This document shows, one piece after another, positions 18,052 through 28,628 of a stretch of DNA of 64,000 nucleotides. The stretch spans positions 1 to 64,000 of the forward strand of contig CAZYQQ010000010.1 of the NCBI GenBank assembly GCA_964650265.1. The letters are read 5' to 3'. Position 1 is the stretch's first letter. Every line of letters begins with the position of its first letter. The position numbers and the translations under genes were made by a program. The notes below the pieces were generated by a model. That model was not told the DNA's origin. It ran no database searches and worked only from the letters and a program-made list of their open reading frames with translations. The DNA is from an uncultured Planctomycetaceae bacterium (GTDB taxonomy: Bacteria > Planctomycetota > Planctomycetia > Pirellulales > Lacipirellulaceae).

Positions 18052-21000
18052 CTACCCGGGCCGCTCGTCCCCGAGTTCCCCGAAAGCGAAGTCGAGGGTC
18101 GCGCTTTCCGCATCCTCCACTTCCGCGTCACTCACCGGGAAGAACATCCAGGGTGCAGGCCGGACCGCGGCATCGCGAGGAGCGGTCTCCATTTGCCACA
18201 GCCGAAGCGCCGCTGCGCGCGGATCGACCTCGACGGGGTTTGCCATCACCAGTGGCATTCGCACCGCCGGCTGCCAGGGGGAACGCGTGGGAAGGAGATA
18301 TGGCGGCGCCAGCAGGTCGGATGTCGGCTCGGCGGCCACCGGTTCGGCGACTGGAGGTTCGGCAATTGGGGGTTCGGCAATTGGGGGTTCGACGGCCGCG
18401 ACAAGGGCCGCCTCGGGTTCGGGGGGAGTGTAAGTCTGGCCGTAGTGGGCCTTCCAGACGGCGTAGTCGAGCCCGTCGACCACGCCATCGCCGTTGCCAT
18501 CGGCGCCGGAGAACTTGGGGAGGGTCGTGCCGACAGTGTTGCGCCAGAGGGTGTAGTCGGCGGCGTCGACGCGGTGGTCTTGGTTGTAGTCGCCGGGGAG
18601 TGGGGGTGGGGTGGGGGAACTGAGATCGAATGCGAAGACTTCGACACCTTTCGTCGGGTGGCGGGCCCTGAAGAAGAGTTGTTCGCCCACGATCGCCGCC
18701 AGTTCTCCCGTTGATCCCGATGAAGAAACATGAGAAGAGACAGCCCCCGGGTTGGCATCGATGGTCGTCCAACTGAGGGAATTCACGTCGAGAATCCGAA
18801 GTTCTCGACCGTTGGCGGGATCGACGGCATCGACGAGCAGACCTTCGCCGACCACGAGCGGGCCGTAAAACTCCCAGGGATCGGAAGATATGGACCCTGG
18901 ATTGATATCGACCGTCTGGAGGGAGAGATCGACCGTGTCGAACAGACGCAGCTCGTGCCCGTAGGCCTCGTCTTCGGCTGCAAACAGAAGTTTATTGCCC
19001 ATGACGACCAGCCCGCCAGCCCCCGTGAGACGCATCCCCAAATCGGATTCCAGCGCGATGTTTTGAACGATCTGATTGTTTGCAGGGTCGAGTCCATAAA
19101 GGTGATGCGGTTGGGACCCCGAGGTCAAGAAATAAACAAAGTTTCCGACTTTCTTGAAACCGCTCAGATGCCCTGGATTGGACGATGCGGAACCTGGCAC
19201 AACATCGACCTTCACGAAGGTATCGTTTGTCGTGTCCAGAATCCGCACTTCGTTGCCATCGGTATCTCGGGCTGAAAAATAGAGCTTGTTGTCGATAAGG
19301 GTGTAGCCGCTCCCCTGGCCGGGGTCGTCTCCGATCTCGCTCAATGTGTCGATCGCGCCGCTCAGCGAATCGTAGACATGTAATGCACGACTGGAAGTAT
19401 GGCCTTTAAAGTAGGCTTTCGTTCCCACCACGGCAGGCAAGCCAATCGATGAACTTCCCGAACCCGGATTGCCATCGAAGGTGGCGATCGCGCCGCTCGC
19501 CAAGTCGAGGAATCGCCATTCTCTTCCGTATGCCGCATCAGTGGCACTAAACAGCAGCTTGCCACCGACGATCGTCAGTGAGTCGGGGTTGGATCCAGCG
19601 GTGCCGGTACGGATGTCGAATGTTGTGACGTTGCGAGTGACGAGGTTGAAAGCACGAAGCTCGGTGCCGAATTCCTCGTCTCGGGCGACGAAGTAGAGCG
19701 AGTCGCCAATCAGAGTGAGTTCTGTCGGTTGAGTGCTCGTGGCGCCAGGCATAATCAGCGAGACGTCATGGGTCGATAAATCAACAGAGTACAACCCGCG
19801 GCTCGAGTTAGGGCCGGCGGCGAAGAACAACTCGTCCTCTGTGTATGCCCAGCCACTCCTGCCTGGTGACGAAGAAGCGATGCCAGGCTCGATGTCTATT
19901 GTCTCGACTATTCCGGTCGATTGATCGAGCACGTGCAACTCGTCGCCAAGCTGATTGCGAAATCCAGAAGAGAAGAGCTTGTTGCCAATAGCGACAAAAC
20001 CGCTAGTAGTTGAGTTACCCGTTGAGGTCGCGCCAACATTCAGAGGAAATGTGGCGAAGTTTCTCGTCTCACTGTCGAATTCGTGGAGGGCGAATTCGAC
20101 AGTACCATTTTTTGCTGAGAAATAGAGGCTCTTGTCGACTGCAATGAGCGGTATAGGAAGTGTCGGGAGGGTTGCAACTTCCGAAACTACAAGTGTTTCC
20201 GTTTCAAGTTCAATTAACGAACGTTCATTAGTGGGACCAACGACGAAGTATAGTTTTGATTCAATTGTGGTGAAGGGGATAGACTCGAAGTGCGAACTCC
20301 AGGGCGAGGTGTCAATTGTTTCAACGGATTGCGTTGCTGAGTCGATGACGCGCAAAGCTCTTCCATGAGTGAGGTCATCGGCATCCAAGAAAAGACGGTC
20401 GCCAATGACGGCGAATCCACGCATGGGCGTGTTGCGGATCTCAAGGCCCTGCGAGGAGTTGTCGATTCGCTCGATTTCATGAGTCAGGACATTGATCGAG
20501 TGAAGGCGGAATGCCGTCGGTCCTGGACCTGTCAACGGTTTTGCAAAAAAGTAGAGCTTGTCACCCGCGGCCATGAATGGCGAATCAAACATTGGTACAG
20601 GTTCGCCGAAAGGTAATTCCACAACTTCATTCGTATGGGTGCCAATGTTGTAGACATTCAGCTTCCATCCTGGCTGAAAGCCCCAGAAGAAGATTTGGTC
20701 TTCGGCAAGCGCAAATCCGATTCGCGAACCAGGGCTCGAGCCGAGAGGTCCCGCCCTGAGATCAACGACCGTGTAGGCCTCGGTCGCGGTGTCGATGACG
20801 CAGAATTCAACCCCCGTCAGTTCCTCGCCCGCCGCAAGAAAAAGCTTGCCGTCCGCGGTTGCAAAGTGCCGCTGCGGATCGACAATCAAGGTCTCGAACG
20901 TCAACAACGAATAATCGCTCGTATCGAGCGACCGCAACCGCGATCCATGCTCCGCGTCGTACCCAACGAAGTAGACCTTCTCTCCCACCGCGGCGAACGG

Positions 21001-21474
21001 GCCCGCGAGTCCCGCGTTGAGGGAGCCACCCGAATTGTCGCCGTCGATCGACAGGAGCATGCCGGTCGACGTATCGAACGCCCGCAGCTTGTAACCGTTC
21101 TCCGTGTCGTACGCTGAAAAGTAAATCACCTCCCCCACCGCCACGAAGCCGCCAAGGTCCCCCGCCATCGAGTCCCCCGCCCCAGGGTTGATGTCAACGA
21201 CCAGCGCGATCTCGTTGGTCGCGAGGTCGAGCGCGTGGAGTTCCGCGCCGTAGTCGGGGTGGCTCTCCAGGAAGTAGAGCTTGCCGTTGTGGACGAGGGT
21301 CTCGTCGATCAGGGGCACGGGGGCCTGGTTGATGTCGAACACCGTAAGGTCGGCCGCCAGCAGATGCCGCTGTTCGAGTTGTTCCACCCGCAGCGGGCGA
21401 TGGGTGCGGGAGTGACGCACGCGATTGCTCCAGTTGACGATTGTCGATTGGGGAGTCGATGCGCAAGGGCGCAA
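18052..21474 (-). CDS. Giant secreted beta-propeller protein with degenerate ELWxxDGT-type repeats (G-x-ELRxFD..DINPGxxSSxP) and a C-terminal dockerin-like module. A Planctomycete N-terminal LEQRHLLAA motif is present.
   Basis: More than 15 repeats end in (D/N)INPG..SS.P. The C-terminus reads DYNQDHRVDAADYTLWRN..GDGVVDGLDYAVWKAHYG. The track start is TTG at 21474. A GTG at 21420 gives MRHSRTHRPLRVEQLEQRHLLAA and is the more likely start. Confidence 0.7.
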   Translation of the reverse strand: MRPCASTPQSTIVNWSNRVRHSRTHRPLRVEQLEQRHLLAADLTVFDINQAPVPLIDETLVHNGKLYFLESHPDYGAELHALDLATNEIALVVDINPGAGDSMAGDLGGFVAVGEVIYFSAYDTENGYKLRAFDTSTGMLLSIDGDNSGGSLNAGLAGPFAAVGEKVYFVGYDAEHGSRLRSLDTSDYSLLTFETLIVDPQRHFATADGKLFLAAGEELTGVEFCVIDTATEAYTVVDLRAGPLGSSPGSRIGFALAEDQIFFWGFQPGWKLNVYNIGTHTNEVVELPFGEPVPMFDSPFMAAGDKLYFFAKPLTGPGPTAFRLHSINVLTHEIERIDNSSQGLEIRNTPMRGFAVIGDRLFLDADDLTHGRALRVIDSATQSVETIDTSPWSSHFESIPFTTIESKLYFVVGPTNERSLIELETETLVVSEVATLPTLPIPLIAVDKSLYFSAKNGTVEFALHEFDSETRNFATFPLNVGATSTGNSTTSGFVAIGNKLFSSGFRNQLGDELHVLDQSTGIVETIDIEPGIASSSPGRSGWAYTEDELFFAAGPNSSRGLYSVDLSTHDVSLIMPGATSTQPTELTLIGDSLYFVARDEEFGTELRAFNLVTRNVTTFDIRTGTAGSNPDSLTIVGGKLLFSATDAAYGREWRFLDLASGAIATFDGNPGSGSSSIGLPAVVGTKAYFKGHTSSRALHVYDSLSGAIDTLSEIGDDPGQGSGYTLIDNKLYFSARDTDGNEVRILDTTNDTFVKVDVVPGSASSNPGHLSGFKKVGNFVYFLTSGSQPHHLYGLDPANNQIVQNIALESDLGMRLTGAGGLVVMGNKLLFAAEDEAYGHELRLFDTVDLSLQTVDINPGSISSDPWEFYGPLVVGEGLLVDAVDPANGRELRILDVNSLSWTTIDANPGAVSSHVSSSGSTGELAAIVGEQLFFRARHPTKGVEVFAFDLSSPTPPPLPGDYNQDHRVDAADYTLWRNTVGTTLPKFSGADGNGDGVVDGLDYAVWKAHYGQTYTPPEPEAALVAAVEPPIAEPPIAEPPVAEPVAAEPTSDLLAPPYLLPTRSPWQPAVRMPLVMANPVEVDPRAAALRLWQMETAPRDAAVRPAPWMFFPVSDAEVEDAESATLDFAFGELGDERPG

Positions 21475-21690
21475 GTCTCTAGGTTAGTCGGTCGCATGCG
21501 AGGGCGTCAACGATTTGCGACCAGATTGCAATCCTGGCTACCCGGAGAGACATCGAGATTTGCAGGAACGGAGGCTGCGGGGCGCCGCGGGTGAGGCAGG
21601 TTTTTCAGGGATGAGAGTGCTCGCCGCACACCCTTCGCAGGGTGTGGCACCCCAATGAGTTTCTCCTTCCTCCTTCATCCTTCCTCCTTC

Positions 21691-21734
21691 AAAAAAACCG
21701 ACCCTCGGCGGCGGGTGCCAAGGGTCGGCTTCTT
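21691..21734 (-). terminator. Rho-independent terminator downstream of the EF-hand gene.
   Basis: CCGACCCT..AGGGTCGG stem with a 7-nt A run on the plus strand, which is a U-tract on the minus strand. Confidence 0.6.
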
Positions 21735-21882
21735 GGGAAACGGCGACTTGAGAGGGAAGTGCGATGCGCCGCCCCCGTCGGAAAGGTATTCTGCTCGCGG
21801 GTGCGAGGCTGATCTCAGACGTGTCCGAGACGGAGCTTAGATCGTGTCGGTGGAGGTAGCCGGGAGTAATGATCTCTTCGGC

Positions 21883-22974
21883 TTAGGGTCGTTGCCGATC
21901 GCGGCGCGGGGCGTCGCCTCCGCGGCCGGGGCCGCGGCCATCGCGCGGTCCACCTTCTCGCCCGAACTCACGAGGGCCACGTCCGCGACCATCGCGGGGG
22001 CGGGCCTCGTCGCCGCGGCCACCACGCTCCCGTGGAGCCGCTTCAGCCCGGTCGCGACCGCGATCGCGCGATTCGGCGCCCGGGCCACGCCCTGCGCCCC
22101 GTCCGGCGTCGCCACGCTGCCAGTTGGCCGCGCGTTGCCAGGCGTTCCGGCTTCCAGGTCCACCGCCGCGGGCCATCGAACCGCGCTGGCCCTGCTGCCA
22201 CACCATCATGCCGCGGACGGCGCCGCTCATGGCTTCGAACTCACGACGGCTCAGTTGGCCATCGTTGTTGCGGTCGAACCGGTCGAACATGGCACTCGAA
22301 CTGGGAGGTCCGAACGGGCGACCCTGCGGACCGCGCCACACCTGGGGACCGCGCTGCACCTGGGGACCACGCTGGGCTTGCCGACCATCACGCGGGCCGC
22401 GCTCGGCCCAACGGGGGCCACCCGGGCCGCGGCGTTCGCCATCGCGGGCCTGTCGGTCGCCGTCGCGATTTCGCTGGCGAGCTTCCGGGCGGGCGCCAGC
22501 GCGGGGGCCGCGCTCACGAGCCCCTTCGCCACGAGCCTGCTCCCTGCGTGGCCGATCCCCACGTTCGCTGCTCTCGCCACGTTGACTTCTCTCGCCACGA
22601 TCGCGTCCGCCACGATCGGCACGCTCGCCACGTTCGCCGGGACCACGACTGGGCCGGGCTTCGGGCCTGGCGCCTTCACGGGGGCGCCTGGCACCCTCGC
22701 GGGGGCGGTCGCCACGATCGGCGTCGCGCTCCTCGACACGCTCGCGGCGGACTTGGCCTCGGGCTTCGCGGGCCGCGTCGCGTTCTTCGGCGCTTAATTT
22801 TCCATCGCCATCCTTATCGAACTGTTCGAGCAGGCGCGCCGACATGCCACCGCGCGGACCGCGAGTCCCTTCGCGATCTGGTCTTTCACGCGCGGGTCGA
22901 TCGGCTTGACCTTGCGCCACGCTGGCGACCAACAACATAACGATTGGCGCAATGGCCACCCTGATGCTTCGCAT
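21883..22974 (-). CDS. Secreted EF-hand calcium-binding protein with Arg/Gly/Asp/Glu-rich low-complexity repeats.
   Basis: Signal peptide MRSIRVAIAPIVMLLVASVAQG. Two EF-hand loops (FDKDGDGKLSAEE, FDRNNDGQLSRREFE). The opposite-strand Ala-rich ORF 21844..22797 is judged a shadow. Confidence 0.55.
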   Translation of the reverse strand: MRSIRVAIAPIVMLLVASVAQGQADRPARERPDREGTRGPRGGMSARLLEQFDKDGDGKLSAEERDAAREARGQVRRERVEERDADRGDRPREGARRPREGARPEARPSRGPGERGERADRGGRDRGERSQRGESSERGDRPRREQARGEGARERGPRAGARPEARQRNRDGDRQARDGERRGPGGPRWAERGPRDGRQAQRGPQVQRGPQVWRGPQGRPFGPPSSSAMFDRFDRNNDGQLSRREFEAMSGAVRGMMVWQQGQRGSMARGGGPGSRNAWQRAANWQRGDAGRGAGRGPGAESRDRGRDRAEAAPRERGGRGDEARPRDGRGRGPREFGREGGPRDGRGPGRGGDAPRRDRQRP

Positions 22975-23222
22975 CTCTCGAATCTCCTCTGCTGTGTCTT
23001 GCCCCGCCAGTCGCCGCCAGCCGATTGGACCCACTCCCCAATACGCCCCTCACTAAGGGGTGCTGCTAACCATGAAGAAACATGGTCGACTTGAGGTACT
23101 AAACCCCGAGTGAGTGGGCGGGTATCGACCAGGAGCAAGAAAAAAGGGGGCAACTTGCCCGGAGTGACAGCACCGGTTCCCCACGGTCCGCGGGATTTCG
23201 GTGACGAGATTGTCGTTCCTCG

Positions 23223-24041
23223 TCAGTTCGCGGGGACCAGATGCCAGGCAAGCGAAAGCGGCATTCGCCGCTCGATCAGTTCGTCGTGGGCGCGGTAATG
23301 GCGAACGGGCAGCGCGTAGCCAAGGACTTCGAGATCCAAACTCTCGACGGCAAAGGGCCACGGCCGCACGACCACTTGTCGCGGGGTGCCGCGCGACTGC
23401 GTCGAGGCCGGTACGAACGCGACCTCGCGCGGCGCGCCCCAAGTCGTCTCGGCCACGCATGGCTCGGCGGCCCGATCGTCGGTGGTGCCGGGGCACTCGA
23501 GGGAGAACCAGAGACTGAGCCAGTCGAACCACTGCAAACCGTGGAGGGATCGCGCGGCGACCTCATCGGCGGTTGCGGTGGTTGAGGGTCGCCACTCCTC
23601 GAGCCATCCCTGGCAGTGCGACTCCATCTCGGCCAGCCACTGCTGGGCGGCGGGGAGCGCCACGTCGTCGCTCGACTCGAGTAGCGCCATGAAGTGCCGC
23701 GCGACGCACCACGCGGCGAACGGCCCCTCGCGGCGCGCGAGATGAATCGAATCGCGCCAGAGGACCAGCGACTCCTCGCGCGGCAGGTCGAGAAACGAGT
23801 AGGGGCGCCCCTCGACCGGGTCGAGCGGCGGGTCGGCTTCCGAACTCCCCCAACCGTCGTCGTGGTGGTACACGGCGCGAAGCCACTCGTCGCGCAGGGG
23901 GTGGTCACCCGCGAGCACCGGAGGGAACTGGTCGTTGCCCCACACGCGGGCGAGATCGAAACTCAGCCGCGCGTGCTCGATCTGGGAAACGAGGAGCCAC
24001 CGTTCGGGGTTGTCGGCCAGCGGCAAATGACGGCGGAGCAT
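23223..24041 (-). CDS. Conserved hypothetical protein (272 aa, Trp/His-rich).
   Basis: Clean ORF with typical codon usage. I cannot place it in a family. Confidence 0.45.
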   Translation of the reverse strand: MLRRHLPLADNPERWLLVSQIEHARLSFDLARVWGNDQFPPVLAGDHPLRDEWLRAVYHHDDGWGSSEADPPLDPVEGRPYSFLDLPREESLVLWRDSIHLARREGPFAAWCVARHFMALLESSDDVALPAAQQWLAEMESHCQGWLEEWRPSTTATADEVAARSLHGLQWFDWLSLWFSLECPGTTDDRAAEPCVAETTWGAPREVAFVPASTQSRGTPRQVVVRPWPFAVESLDLEVLGYALPVRHYRAHDELIERRMPLSLAWHLVPAN

Positions 24042-24047
24042 GACGAT

Positions 24048-25091
24048 TCAGACCGCCGCGTAAAAGCTGGCGAACTTGTCGATCGACACCGGCTTGATCT
24101 TGTCGGCGTGCCCCGCCTGACCGAAGGCGACCATCCGGTCGATGCAAACCTGCTTCATCGCGTCGCGGGCCGGCTTCATGTAGTCGCGGGGGTCGAACTT
24201 CTCGGGGGTTTCCCACAACACCTTGCGGATGGCGCCGGTGATCGCCAGGCGATTGTCGGTGTCGACATTCACCTTGCGAACGCCATGCTTGATGCCGCGC
24301 TGAATCTCTTCCACCGGGACACCAAACGTCGGGTTAATCTTGCCGCCATACTTGTTGATGATGTCCTGCAAGTCTTGCGGCACGCTGCTCGAGCCGTGCA
24401 TCACCAGGTGGCAATTCGGCAGGCGGCGATGGATCTCCTCGATGCGATCCATTGCCAGCACATCGCCGGTCGGCTTGGTGGTGAACTTGTAGGCGCCATG
24501 GCTGGTGCCGATCGCCACTGCCAAGGCGTCGACCCCCGTCTCGGCGACAAATCGCTCCGCCTCGTCGGGGTCGGTGAGCAATTGGTCGTGCGACAGCTTG
24601 CCGGTGGCGCCATGGCCATCCTCGGCCTCTCCCTCGCCACTCACCAGCGAGCCGAGGCAACCGAGTTCCCCTTCGACGCTCACTCCCTGGGAGTGTGCCG
24701 ACTCGACCACCTCGCGGGTCACGCGGACGTTGTAGTCGAAGTCGGCGGGGGTCTTGCCATCATCCTTCAAACTGCCATCCATCATCACGCTCGTAAAGCC
24801 ATTGTCGATGGCGCTCTGGCAGGTCGCCGGGCTGTTGCCATGATCCTGATGCATGACGATGGGGATGCTGGGATAGAGCTCCGCCGCGGCGAGCATCAAG
24901 TGACGCAGGTAGGCGTCCTGCGAGTAGCTCCGCGCGCCGCGCGAGGCCTGCACGATGACCGGGGAGTTGGTCTCCTTGGCCGCTTCCATGATCGACTGGA
25001 TTTGCTCCATGTTGTTCACGTTGAAGGCGGCGAGGCCGTAGTTGTGTTCGGCGGCGTGGTCGAGCAAAAGTCGCATCGGAACGAGTGGCAT
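24048..25091 (-). CDS. fba: Class II fructose-1,6-bisphosphate aldolase.
   Basis: [34 protein letters not shown] and TDNRLA motifs of FbaA. Confidence 0.9.
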   Translation of the reverse strand: MPLVPMRLLLDHAAEHNYGLAAFNVNNMEQIQSIMEAAKETNSPVIVQASRGARSYSQDAYLRHLMLAAAELYPSIPIVMHQDHGNSPATCQSAIDNGFTSVMMDGSLKDDGKTPADFDYNVRVTREVVESAHSQGVSVEGELGCLGSLVSGEGEAEDGHGATGKLSHDQLLTDPDEAERFVAETGVDALAVAIGTSHGAYKFTTKPTGDVLAMDRIEEIHRRLPNCHLVMHGSSSVPQDLQDIINKYGGKINPTFGVPVEEIQRGIKHGVRKVNVDTDNRLAITGAIRKVLWETPEKFDPRDYMKPARDAMKQVCIDRMVAFGQAGHADKIKPVSIDKFASFYAAV

Positions 25092-25301
25092 GGTGGGGAT
25101 CCTTAAATCAGAGTCTCAACTGGTATGTCAAGTGAAGGGATCAGCGCGATCCCTTACGTGCCTGGATGGGGGTTTGAACCACCCGCTGGGAAATACCTGC
25201 CCGCCGGATGGTCCAATCGCCGTGCAGTTTACCCCTTCGGGTTGCGCAGGGGCTAGGGCCACGGCAAACTGGGTAGGGCCCTAAGAATTGTGTTGCTGTG
25301 G

Positions 25302-25967
25302 TTAAGCCCACTCTGGCGGCCTTTTCAGTACTCGCCCGGACTTGGTCTGGACTTCGTCGGGGAATTGCGACTTCTTGAGAGTGCCCCGGCCAATCATGCA
25401 CTCGCCATCGGCAACTTGGATTAAGTGGGCCGACGATCGAGATGGTGGCATTGCGACGTTAATCCGTTTAGATGACAGGTTAGCCTTAATTGCCTTAATT
25501 GGGGGCGTCAGGTCACTGTCGCCGGAGATCAAAAGAGCAACGTCGTAGCGGTTCGCAAAGGCGTCAAAAATCATCTCCGTGGCAATGTTAACGTCGGTCA
25601 TTTTTTCTTCCGCCCAATTCCACGTTGCGCCACACTTGCGGCAATCTTCGGCCTTGTCTAAGTACTGCCCATAGATGATTTTTAAGTCGCCGACCGTGCC
25701 GAGTGCGTCCAAGTACAAGGACTGACGCTCTCGCCTTGAATTGCGCTTGGCCGCATAACTCGGATTGTCAGTTGGCCTGGCGCCACTGATGCGGGCGGTA
25801 AAGTACTTTGTACAGACGAGCTCTTGGTCGGGCCTGATTAACCTCTGTGCTAGAGTCCGAATGTTTATCCATAAGTATCGGCGATAATTGCTTTCGCAGA
25901 GCCCGTAATACAGGTTGAATCCGTCGACATACGCGATCACGCGTTTTTTTCGGGCTTGATCTTCCAT
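25302..25967 (-). CDS. NYN-domain (LabA/DUF88-like, PIN-related) protein in a low-GC islet.
   Basis: IAYVDGFNLYYG, TDVNIATEM and LISGDSDLTP motifs typical of NYN nucleases. GC is clearly lower. Confidence 0.65.
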   Translation of the reverse strand: MEDQARKKRVIAYVDGFNLYYGLCESNYRRYLWINIRTLAQRLIRPDQELVCTKYFTARISGARPTDNPSYAAKRNSRRERQSLYLDALGTVGDLKIIYGQYLDKAEDCRKCGATWNWAEEKMTDVNIATEMIFDAFANRYDVALLISGDSDLTPPIKAIKANLSSKRINVAMPPSRSSAHLIQVADGECMIGRGTLKKSQFPDEVQTKSGRVLKRPPEWA

Positions 25968-26043
25968 TTGTTGTTCTATAATTTGTTCGCGGGCGGGTTG
26001 AAAAAACGCCGATACCGGTTAAGCTCTATATTAGATATACCCC

Positions 26044-26100
26044 TCCAGGGAGAGCATCCCTGGACCGACGCTTCGCCCCAAAAGGCGAAGCGTTTTTTTA
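26044..26100 (+). terminator. Two consecutive hairpins, the second with a T run (ACGCTTCGCC-CCAAAA-GGCGAAGCGTTTTTTT).
   Basis: Read directly. It sits between two minus-strand genes. Its role is unclear. Confidence 0.4.
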
Positions 26101-26169
26101 TGCGCTCGAGTCCTGTGAACTGTTCGGAAAAGGCCGGCATAGAAGCCGTTGCCAACGCAGCACGCCCGG

Positions 26170-27036
26170 TTAATCCCAGGGCCACGCCGTGCGCTCCTGA
26201 GCTAGCGACTTAGTACGGGGGACCTGCGAAAGCCGTACCATGAGGATTCGCTGCTGGGGGCCATCGGCCCCGTGGGTGACGTGGAACATCCCCCCCAGCT
26301 TGCTCCCCGCGTCGGGGAGGGGTGCCACCAATAGCATCTCGCCACTCACCAGCGATACTCGAGTCGCGAGGTCGTCAAACACCTCGGTCTCCCTGCCCGG
26401 GCGCTGGATCACGACGCCTGGTCCGGCGGTCGTGTATTGCATCTTCGGCAGGCCGTGTTGGACTTCGGGGGTGAGCTCCAGTTCAATGCGGTCCCCTTCC
26501 TTGCGGAGCAGTTCGAGGGTGTAGATCCCTTGGGCCGTGGTGTAGGGGCGGCCCGTGAGTTCCCCGTCGTGGCGGCGAATCACGGTGCAGTTGATGGCCG
26601 AATCGGTCGCCTGGACCTCGCCTCGCTGATGAGGGCGAAGCGGCATCAGCCGCCGAGTGACCTTCGCCTCGCCACTGAGAGCCGCCTGCGCGCGCTCTTC
26701 GGGGGACGCGCTGGGGTCGGGATTCAGCAGCCGCGCGATTGTCGTGTTAGGGTTCCCCCCGACGACACCGGCACGCAGGCCATTTTCGGCAAGCCGGCGA
26801 CGCACCTCCACGGGAATGCGGTCCTCCTGCACCGACTCCCACATCGCCGTGTGCCAGTCGGGCTGCTGAGCGGCGGTGCGAGCCCAATAGATATCGAGGC
26901 TCACCGATTCCGAGGAGGCATGGGCCGTTTGCAGCAGCGACTCGGGTGTAATGTCGCCCGGGTTGCGCATCGAGCCGCAGCCCTGCGACACGAGCAGTGC
27001 AAAGACGACGGTGCCAGCCTGAACCAGCCTCCGCAT
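26170..27036 (-). CDS. Probable secreted protein or lipoprotein, function unknown.
   Basis: Signal peptide MRRLVQAGTVVFALLVSQGCGS. The lipobox is non-canonical. Confidence 0.5.
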   Translation of the reverse strand: MRRLVQAGTVVFALLVSQGCGSMRNPGDITPESLLQTAHASSESVSLDIYWARTAAQQPDWHTAMWESVQEDRIPVEVRRRLAENGLRAGVVGGNPNTTIARLLNPDPSASPEERAQAALSGEAKVTRRLMPLRPHQRGEVQATDSAINCTVIRRHDGELTGRPYTTAQGIYTLELLRKEGDRIELELTPEVQHGLPKMQYTTAGPGVVIQRPGRETEVFDDLATRVSLVSGEMLLVAPLPDAGSKLGGMFHVTHGADGPQQRILMVRLSQVPRTKSLAQERTAWPWD

Positions 27037-27385
27037 GAGGTGCCATCCGATCGCGAAAAGATAACGAGAGAAGAGGGGAGTCGAAGCATCGCGCGCATGG
27101 GGTCCCTAGGGAGGTCGAGGGACCGACCGCGCGGGGGGACGTTAGGAAAAGTGGGGCGATGCGTCAATTGCATTGTGCAGGCGGGGGGGGAGGGGTGCTA
27201 GCAGGAGGTCGCGAACTGGCCGGGGATTTGGGATTTGTCATAGCAGGCCAACGCGGTCGAGAACGTGAAGCGTGAGTTTTTGGACACTCTCGTTTTCATG
27301 TCGGAGGCCCTTCCTGCGAATTCGGCTGTGCTGGAACTGGAAAATGGCGACGTCCCTCTACAGTTCGCCAGTTGCCCTGGTTTTA

Positions 27386-28603
27386 TTACCTCGCTCGCAC
27401 CCGAATCCCATCGACAATCTGATCGCTCGGATGCAAAATCACCTGATCCCCCTCTTCCACCCCTTCCCGAATTTCCGCGAACAGGCCGTTCTGACGGCCG
27501 ACTTTCACCTCGGTTTCGATCGCGCGGCCGTGGCGGACGACGAAGATCGCCCACTCGTCGCCGGTGCGATAGAGCGAGCTGGCCGGCACCACCAGCACGT
27601 CGTCGGCCTCGTCGACCACGATCCGAGCCTCCACCCGGAACCCGTCACCCAGGGCCTGGCGGACCTCGATCGGGTCGGTGAGGTCGACGATCACGTAGAC
27701 CCGTTGCTCCTCGACCCCCAGGGTCGAAATTTTGGTGAAACCCGAGGGTTCGACCAGCCGTACGCGGCCATGGAGCGCCTCAGGGCCTCCCCAATGTTCG
27801 AAAATCACGGACGCCCCGGGCTTTATCTTCACCGCGTCGCTCGAGAGGACGTCGATTTCGACCTCCAGGTCGTCGGGGTCTCCCAACTCGATCAGGGGGG
27901 TGCCGGGGGTGACCACGGCGGAGCTTTCTTGGAGCACGCGGAGCACACGGCCCGTGATGGGGGAGCGAATGTGGAAGGTCCAGCCGTTGCCATTTCCTGC
28001 CCCCGCGGGGGGCGGGGTCGCTTCGTCGTGCGGACGCGAGCGGAGCAGGGCGGCTTGGGCTTGCTCGAGTTCGAACTGGGCGATCTCGCCGGCATACTTC
28101 GCCGAACGCATCCGCTCGCTCGCCGCCCGGTAGCGGGCTTCGGCGTCTTCGATGTCGGTCTCGGTAAAGGCATCGGGGGCGTTGCGAATGCGCGTGAGGT
28201 ATTGCTCGGCGTAGGTCTGTTCGATGCGGGCGTGCTCGAGTTCGGGGTCGGTGCGTGCCAGTATCGCCTCGGACGCGCTCACTCGGGCCTCGGCCTGGGC
28301 GATCGCCCGGGCGTCGAGGAGTTCGGGGGCACGGGGTTCGATGGTGGCGAGCAGGGTTTCGCCGGTGGTGACCGAGTCGCCCGCATCGAGCCCGATGCGG
28401 AGGAGCCGGCCCGAGAGGGGAGCCGAGACGACATACTTTTCGCGAATCCGCGTTTTGCCATCCTCGTCGACCGTGACGAGAATCTCGCCGCGGGCGACGG
28501 TCACCAGATCGACCTCCTTTGGCTTCGGCCAAAAGGAATAGCCGATCGCCCCCATGAGCGCCAGGCCGAACAGGATCAAGAAATAGGTGAGCCAGTTTTT
28601 CAT
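27386..28603 (-). CDS. HlyD-family periplasmic adaptor (membrane fusion protein).
   Basis: N-terminal TM, coiled-coil hairpin, beta-barrel/lipoyl segments (e.g. RSPITGRVLRV). It is the last gene of the ABC export operon. Confidence 0.8.
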   Translation of the reverse strand: MKNWLTYFLILFGLALMGAIGYSFWPKPKEVDLVTVARGEILVTVDEDGKTRIREKYVVSAPLSGRLLRIGLDAGDSVTTGETLLATIEPRAPELLDARAIAQAEARVSASEAILARTDPELEHARIEQTYAEQYLTRIRNAPDAFTETDIEDAEARYRAASERMRSAKYAGEIAQFELEQAQAALLRSRPHDEATPPPAGAGNGNGWTFHIRSPITGRVLRVLQESSAVVTPGTPLIELGDPDDLEVEIDVLSSDAVKIKPGASVIFEHWGGPEALHGRVRLVEPSGFTKISTLGVEEQRVYVIVDLTDPIEVRQALGDGFRVEARIVVDEADDVLVVPASSLYRTGDEWAIFVVRHGRAIETEVKVGRQNGLFAEIREGVEEGDQVILHPSDQIVDGIRVRAR

Positions 28604-28628
28604 ACAGTGTATGGGGGTGGATATGGCG

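Noticed and set aside
21844-22797. 317-aa Ala-rich plus-strand ORF.
   Set aside because: The opposite strand encodes EF-hand loops (DKDGDGKLSAEE) and a signal peptide. This ORF is the antisense shadow.
23694-25106. 470-aa plus-strand ORF over fba.
   Set aside because: Antisense to the canonical class II aldolase.
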